Positions 57,990 through 64,000 of a DNA stretch of 64,000 nucleotides are shown here, piece after piece; position 1 is the first letter of the stretch, and every line of letters begins with the position of its first letter. Where the stretch lies: the NCBI GenBank assembly GCA_017654855.1, contig CM030333.1, positions 806,001 through 870,000 on the forward strand, given 5' to 3'. The translations under genes were made by a program, and so were the position numbers. Source of the DNA: Podospora anserina. Taxonomy: Eukaryota. The notes below the pieces were generated by a model, which worked only from the letters and a program-made list of their open reading frames with translations, was not told where the DNA came from and made no database searches.

Positions 57990-59830
57990 TGCCAGGTATC
58001 ATGACATGGTAGTCAACCCAGATCCGGAGAGAAAAGGAACAAGTAACGAAACAAAGACGACAAGACACAGGCAACCTGTCGGGATTTGGCAGTTAGGTGA
58101 CGACAACAAGGCTCCAGTGACGAGGGGAAAGCCAATATGCAGGCCTGGGCGCCTGTAAGTCCAGGTACCAGTGCGGCTGAGGTCAAGATGGTGTTTGAGT
58201 GGTCCAAGTGGTGCCTGGGACCCTCAGTCTCGGGGACGAAAAGAGCCACAAGAGAACGGCAAGCCAAAGGGGGTCTCGGTCGGGAGGCCGATAGGGCTGA
58301 AGGTTGATGGGCTATGGGAATTGAGGGACGGGTGATCTCTTGGCCGAGCGGTTGTCCTTGATAACTCTCCTGGAGCCTCATCTCACGTCGACACCAGGTC
58401 TTTTGTCGGAGAGAGAATATGGAGAGGGCGCATGGCTTCCAGAAAGGGCATATGTTCCCCATGTGAAGGCCCCCGCACAGGGTGAGCACGAATTCTTGAT
58501 TCCAGAGCCATGGTGGGGGAGATGTTGCAGATTGCTGACCCCAAGCGCGATGTTCTGTTGCATTGGGGTCGAAGCTTAGCAACCCTGGGGGCCAAGAGAT
58601 GCCACAGCGCCCTTCAGCGGGGCCTAGGTGTGTCAACTTTCCATCACGATCATCATGCCCCTCTCCTGCCATCCATAAGCAACGTTCACATACACCGTTT
58701 GGCTTAGTGAACAAGAGTTCGTCTCATCAACGGTCTGCAACCTTTCAATCGTTCCGACGTCACCAAACTTGAAAAATGTTGCCGGCGGCCTATTAATAGC
58801 CAATCAAGTTGAGGTTGCAGTTGAGGTCACCGGTCCCCTCCCAGCTGCTCGCAACTGTCACCATCGACAATCCTCGCCACACAACGCAACGCGCGATAAA
58901 TAGACGGACCTGCAGCAACAGAGTCGACTACTGCAGCCCCTCCGCTGAACCACGCAACACAGCGTTAGCCATGGGATGGCAGCAACAAGTGTATCAGGTC
59001 GAAGCCCCCTTTGCCGCTCGGCTGGGGCCTCCCGAGCTTAAATCTCACGCCAGCATGACAGAGCCTCGCCATCTCACCGTCGGGATCCTCCCCCGCTGAC
59101 CAGGGTCTTGTTCAGACGACTGACCACCCACCATTCGTCCCGATCTGGATACCCAGATGCCAATTATCACCGTTCCACGCCGCAGTATTGCTGACGGCAT
59201 CACACCCAACCCCGTTGCCATTTTATTTTCTTTCAGTGGGTGGTGTCCACAATCACTTTGATAAATGGCACGTTATACGACACTTTTCTTGTGTTTCGTG
59301 AAAAGCTGCCTACCATTACCCCGCTGTTGCTGATGGTGGGAGCTTGAACAGATTGGCCTGCTCATGTCTTGTGCCTCACGACTGATGACCAGTAGCAAAG
59401 ATCCAAATATCCAGATATCCAAATATCCAGCTGGTTAACCGTTCTTCAAGAAAACCTGTACCAGAGTATCTATGGAGATCTCTCCTCTGCCAAATTCGGC
59501 CGAATCCTGCCTCTGTTACAGGTGACATTTGCCAGAATGCGCTCCCGTTCAGCGATGCGTTCAGCCCACCTATGGTATTGCGATGGGGGCCGCGAAGTCA
59601 ATGCATTATTCTTCAAAGCTGGGAAGTGGCGCCGGCTATGTCAGCTCCTTGATGTGATGTCTTGACGGGCGTCCTTGACATCCTAATAGAAGCTCAATAT
59701 TCCAAACATCCACATCTTTGCTGTATCGCTCACTGACCTTACACCATCACCATCTGTTCAACGCCGTAATCTCTTTTGCACACCACCTACCTGACTCCAT
59801 CTAGCAAGAAGACTTGTCTATTTTACTAAA

Positions 59831-60883
59831 ATGGTCGCCTCCTTCGTCTGGACCGCAGAAGAGGCCAAATACCTCAAAGCCGTCCTCCGCTGGCAAGACG
59901 CCCCCTCCTCAGACGACGACGCCACCGCTACCAGACCAAGAGAACCCAGAAGGAGACCGCCCCCTCCCCCACAGGCAACTATCCAACTTTCCTCCCAAAA
60001 CCGCAGGCAACCCCAAGAAAAAGAAGACCACCCACCATCAGGTGAACTCCGCGTGTTGGTCCTCGGGGCGAAAGGAGCAGGGAAATCCTCTCTTTTGAGC
60101 AGAGTACGCCCCCTTTCTCACCTATCCCCTCCCATTTGTTCGCTATCTTATACAGACTTGAAGTTTTCGCAAGGCACATTCCCTCCCGCCACCCAACCCA
60201 CAACAGCAACAACAACGTCACCATCAGGGGAGTCCCACTCAGGAAGCTGCCGACATCCCATCTTTCTCCTCCCCTCCACAACAGGGGACAGCAAAAAAAA
60301 GAAATACATCATCCACGCGCTAGAATTCCCTTCCAATCAGTCATCTTCGAACCCATTGCTGGAGCAAGCACTGGCCATCACCGAGGCGGCGGTTGTGGTT
60401 TATGACACGGCAAGCGCCGATTCTTTCAGGTTGGCGAAAGGGGTGGTGGAATTCATCTTGGAACATTTCAACCCACTCACACCATCCCCGAACAATAGCG
60501 CCAACAGGAGGGTTTATCCAGTGGTGCTGGTGGGGAATAAATTTGACAATGACAAGGAGAGAGAGGTTAGCGAGGATGAGGGGAGAGAGGCGGCCGGGAA
60601 GATGGGGGTTAGATGTATGATGGAGGTTAGTGCCAGGACGGGGGAAGGGGTACAAGGGGTGTTTGAGACTATCGGGGCGGAGGTTCTAGCTGCGAAGAGG
60701 GCGACAACTACGGCTAGGGAGGTGGGGAGGGAAATGGTTCAGGGTGGTGGGTATGAGAAGGCGGGCAACAGGCCCCAACTTGTGAGGCAAGGAGGGAGTG
60801 CAGGCGGGAGTAACAAGAAAGGGGGTTTACTGAGAAGGATGTTCTGGGGGAGGAAACTCCACACGCGGCAGGGGGTTGCTTGA
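59831..60883 (+). CDS. atypical Ras-superfamily small GTPase; probable in-frame intron 60104-60163
   Basis: G1 GAKGAGKS, VVVYD, G4 VLVGNKFD, G5 EVSAR. DxxG is absent. Confidence 0.8.
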   Translation: MVASFVWTAEEAKYLKAVLRWQDAPSSDDDATATRPREPRRRPPPPPQATIQLSSQNRRQPQEKEDHPPSGELRVLVLGAKGAGKSSLLSRVRPLSHLSPPICSLSYTDLKFSQGTFPPATQPTTATTTSPSGESHSGSCRHPIFLLPSTTGDSKKKKYIIHALEFPSNQSSSNPLLEQALAITEAAVVVYDTASADSFRLAKGVVEFILEHFNPLTPSPNNSANRRVYPVVLVGNKFDNDKEREVSEDEGREAAGKMGVRCMMEVSARTGEGVQGVFETIGAEVLAAKRATTTAREVGREMVQGGGYEKAGNRPQLVRQGGSAGGSNKKGGLLRRMFWGRKLHTRQGVA

Positions 60884-61650
60884 GTTCGATGAATATCTGG
60901 CTCTAGGATGCCGAAGAAAGTGTCCAAGTGGTGTAAGTAGTGCAAGCGAGTGCCAGCAGCATCAAGAGTTCCAACACAAGCGCAAGTCTTCACACAAAAT
61001 GTTGTCAAAAATGTATTGAACTAACCCAACCAACCCATCCCTAGTCCATTCCACAAGAAAAGAAAGCCACAAACCATAACAAGCAAAAAGAAAACATCAT
61101 CTCCCTCCTTCTCCCCTCCCCAGTCCAGCTGTATGACTCAGTTCACCCCGTGTTTTGATACCCCGTGCCCTTCTCGTTCCCCTATATACGCCAGGGCGCA
61201 GGTCTCTCTCATATGCGAGCACTAACAAAGCACGCGAAGATGGGTATGATACAAAACAGACCCTTATCAGCAGATCTGCCTCTTCTTCCACCAAATGGAA
61301 CATGAAAGTAGAAATTATAATTTCCCGTCTTCTTCTTCTTCTTCTTCCTCTCCTCCCGGTTTATCTTTCCGAGTAACTAACTGACGCCTTTTCATGCATC
61401 CCTGGTAGAAAAAACAACAAAAAAAAGTGACGTGTGGTCGGATAGTGCGCTCGTGTATCCAACACGGCAAGTTGGTCGAGAAGTAGTAGGGTATCATGGA
61501 TCTGTTCCATTCTTGGTTTCAGTGCGGGCCTTGGGCTGCTGTGCCCATCCCTTATATGTTGACCGCTTGCTCGGTTGCGATCGGAAAACCCCAAAAACAA
61601 AAACTCCTATCCCAGGTCATGAATGTGCAAAAAGCAAAAAGGCCACCTTT

Positions 61651-64000
61651 TTAGTCGTAGCCGGCACCGCGTTGCCAAGGACTTGGGCTGTTGAATGTTA
61701 GCAAAGTTTCATCGGTTCTCCACCCAGAGATAACATACCTAGCGTTGTTTTGTTGCCGGAAGGCGCCCGGACCTGGGCTGTTGTTCTGGTTTCGATAGGG
61801 CGGAGAGTCATCAAACGGACTGGGCGCCCGCATCGAGCCGTTGTCTTGGTACCTCGGCGGGCTGCGAGGTCCGTCGGCGGGGAAGAATGGCATCGACGGA
61901 TTAGCTGGAGATTGGGGGCGGTTGCCGTAGCCCTGGTTGTTGTAGTTCGACTGGGCGCCAAAGCTCTGGTTGGAGTGAGCGCCAAAGCTGTTGTTGGAGT
62001 GAGCACCAAAGCTCTGGTTAGAGTGAGCAGAAGGCACGCCGAGCCTCTCGGTCTGGCGCCGGAGCGAGTCCGATGTAATAGATTCGGCGTCATCGTCCAG
62101 ATCCATGCCCTTGTTGAAACCCTCCTTGCCGCCACGAGCGGTAGCCGCGAGCGCGTCCAGCTCGGTAGTCGTCGTGAGGTGCGTCTGAGACTTCATGAAC
62201 GAGGTTCTGTCATCGGCCATGTAGGTGTAGCGGCCATCCGGGTTGTCGCGGAAGATGACAATGACAGTGGTGACAATGAGCATCAACAGCAAAACCAGCG
62301 CAAAGGAAGCATTAGCAATCCACAACACGACGCCCACAACGCCAGTGACGAGTCTGGGCTGGTTAAAGACCTCGGTGAAGATCATCAAAAAGATCGAGTT
62401 GACAAAGTTGATGGCGCAGATGGCAATGTTGAAAGAGTTGGTGCTCTTGTCCATCCATGGGCGAAGGACGCTGGCGGCAATCAGGGCGCCGGCTTCAATG
62501 ATGAGAAAACCCACGGCCTGAACGGTTCCCGAGTGCTGCGCAAAGGCGATGAACATGGCCTTGAGTCCCAAGTAGCCAAGGTAGGGCAGGATGAAGTAAT
62601 AGGCGGAGGCTCTGAACTGCACGTAGAGGAAGCCCCACTTGTTAAGTGCCTGGGGGTCCGAGAAGAGGATATAGGCCGGGTTGTTGTGCATGACGATGGA
62701 GCGGCGGGCAATCATAATCACCTTGAAGGCGGCCCAGCAGAGCGTGGTCGTCATTCCGATCAGGAAAAAGACAGCCAAGACCATCAGGGCAGCCGAATCG
62801 TTCTGGGTGAACTCCCACAAGCACATGATGGCCATGGACGGGAACCCGATGAGGGTAAGACGGAACAAGATGCCCTTGAGGACCGTGAGCCAGCCGTTGC
62901 GGAAGTCGAGGAACTTGTCGCTGTCCATCATCTTGTTCTTGACGGCCATCTCGCAGGCACCCTTGAAAGCGGCCACGGCCAGACTGACAAAAATGACCAT
63001 CAAGCAGAAGAAGGCCACGCAAGTCATGAAAACGTTGGTCGACTCGATGCCTGCGCGGAAGGCCACACGCTGGATCCCGTACACGATGTAACTGCCGGAG
63101 CTGGTCTCGATATTGGCGCGACGCATGAGGTCCCGCTTCATGGCTTGCCCGAGAGGCTCAGCGATGCTCCTCGGCATCATGGCCACAGAGCGCTTCGCGA
63201 GGCTCATACCAGCTTCGATAAAATCCAGAGATCGCTTCTCAACTTGCACGGAAACGGTCGTAAGCGAGTCGAAGATGGTGGCCGGAGTACCACCAGTGGC
63301 GCGCTGGTACCAGGTAAAGATGTCCTGCATGAACTCGAGACGAATGATTCCCATGCTCCACTGGAAATCCTGGGTCCACGACATGACAACAGGCGGCAGA
63401 GGCACACCAGTGAGACCAAGCATGGCCTGGGCCTGGAAGTAACCAAAGAGCGAGAGGGCGTTGGCAGCGACGTGGGAAGCGGCATTGTAGTGACCGAGAC
63501 CAGACATGATAGCCGACGATGTGAGAGCCAAACCAGCGACAATGGCAGTAGCCCACTTGACACCAAGCAAATCCACCGTCTTTCCGTTGGAAATATCAGC
63601 CTCCACGCAAGCAACAGCGTTTCCTTCCTCGGGACCATCCGTCATGGTAAAAATCACCTTTACGGTGGCGTCGAGATCGGGGAAGTTGTAGGCGATTCCA
63701 GGTACTTGTTCCAGGGCGTCACCGGTGACGGGAAGGTTGAAGTTGAGAGGAATCTTGCCTGCTGTCATGGGACAGAGACCAGCCAGACCCATATCGCATG
63801 GGCTGACTTTTTGCTTGATGATGGGGAAACCATAGGCCGAGACCTCGACATCGAAAGTGACGTTGCCCTGGACTGACGAGACAGCTACAATGTCGACGTT
63901 GGCTGTTTTGTTATTTGGTGTGAAGACGACCTTGAACAAGCTGGCGCTGAACAGCGAGTTTTCCTGACAAGAGTTGAGCGAGTTCGACTGGAGAATCGGC
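61651..64000 (-). CDS. FLC/Pkd2-like TRP-family membrane protein with ML-like N-terminal domain (5' end beyond window); in-frame intron 61738-61688
   Basis: Cys-containing ML-like domain, FGYFQAQA, WTQDFQWSMG, YGIQRVAF, KWGFLYVQFR, RPWMDK. C-terminal SPWQRGAGYD. Confidence 0.93.
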   Translation of the reverse strand, partial: PILQSNSLNSCQENSLFSASLFKVVFTPNNKTANVDIVAVSSVQGNVTFDVEVSAYGFPIIKQKVSPCDMGLAGLCPMTAGKIPLNFNLPVTGDALEQVPGIAYNFPDLDATVKVIFTMTDGPEEGNAVACVEADISNGKTVDLLGVKWATAIVAGLALTSSAIMSGLGHYNAASHVAANALSLFGYFQAQAMLGLTGVPLPPVVMSWTQDFQWSMGIIRLEFMQDIFTWYQRATGGTPATIFDSLTTVSVQVEKRSLDFIEAGMSLAKRSVAMMPRSIAEPLGQAMKRDLMRRANIETSSGSYIVYGIQRVAFRAGIESTNVFMTCVAFFCLMVIFVSLAVAAFKGACEMAVKNKMMDSDKFLDFRNGWLTVLKGILFRLTLIGFPSMAIMCLWEFTQNDSAALMVLAVFFLIGMTTTLCWAAFKVIMIARRSIVMHNNPAYILFSDPQALNKWGFLYVQFRASAYYFILPYLGYLGLKAMFIAFAQHSGTVQAVGFLIIEAGALIAASVLRPWMDKSTNSFNIAICAINFVNSIFLMIFTEVFNQPRLVTGVVGVVLWIANASFALVLLLMLIVTTVIVIFRDNPDGRYTYMADDRTSFMKSQTHLTTTTELDALAATARGGKEGFNKGMDLDDDAESITSDSLRRQTERLGVPSAHSNQSFGAHSNNSFGAHSNQSFGAQSNYNNQGYGNRPQSPANPSMPFFPADGPRSPPRYQDNGSMRAPSPFDDSPPYRNQNNSPGPGAFRQQNNARYVISGWRTDETLLTFNSPSPWQRGAGYD

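Noticed and set aside
61750-63876. 708-aa plus-strand ORF
   Set aside because: Antisense shadow of the codon-biased FLC gene; no recognisable motifs.

Overview
Genomic DNA of a filamentous ascomycete, most likely Sordariales (Podospora-like). This is inferred from GT-AG introns with CTRAC/CTAAC branch sites, RIP-type C>T/G>A decay, the LTR architecture and the gene set. Bases 1-6 kb are an accessory zone. They hold RIP-decayed AT-rich relics, two related LTRs that share only one half, and a second LTR family inserted head-to-head inside its own copy (both TSDs intact). They also hold a run of minisatellites, including a 9-bp array with a Gly-X-Y codon signature. The rest is ordinary gene-dense euchromatin: esdC, U1-C, ERV25, SDH5, Dsn1/Mis13, Atf1-type bZIP, GST-like, a Pro-rich membrane protein, an Fhl1-like FHA-forkhead factor, tRNA-Pro(AGG), wetA, acyltransferase-3, HEM2, SUR7/PalI, DUF3433, an atypical Ras-like GTPase and an FLC/TRP-like gene (5' truncated). 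Three signals are not explained by these features: (i) a dispersed family of phased intergenic arrays with core AAGCTNRGAT, recurring at about 0.8, 9-11, 25, 39 and 55 kb; (ii) a C-rich to G-rich polarity switch along many genes; (iii) the decayed collagen-like repeat locus. All calls are by eye; no searches were run.
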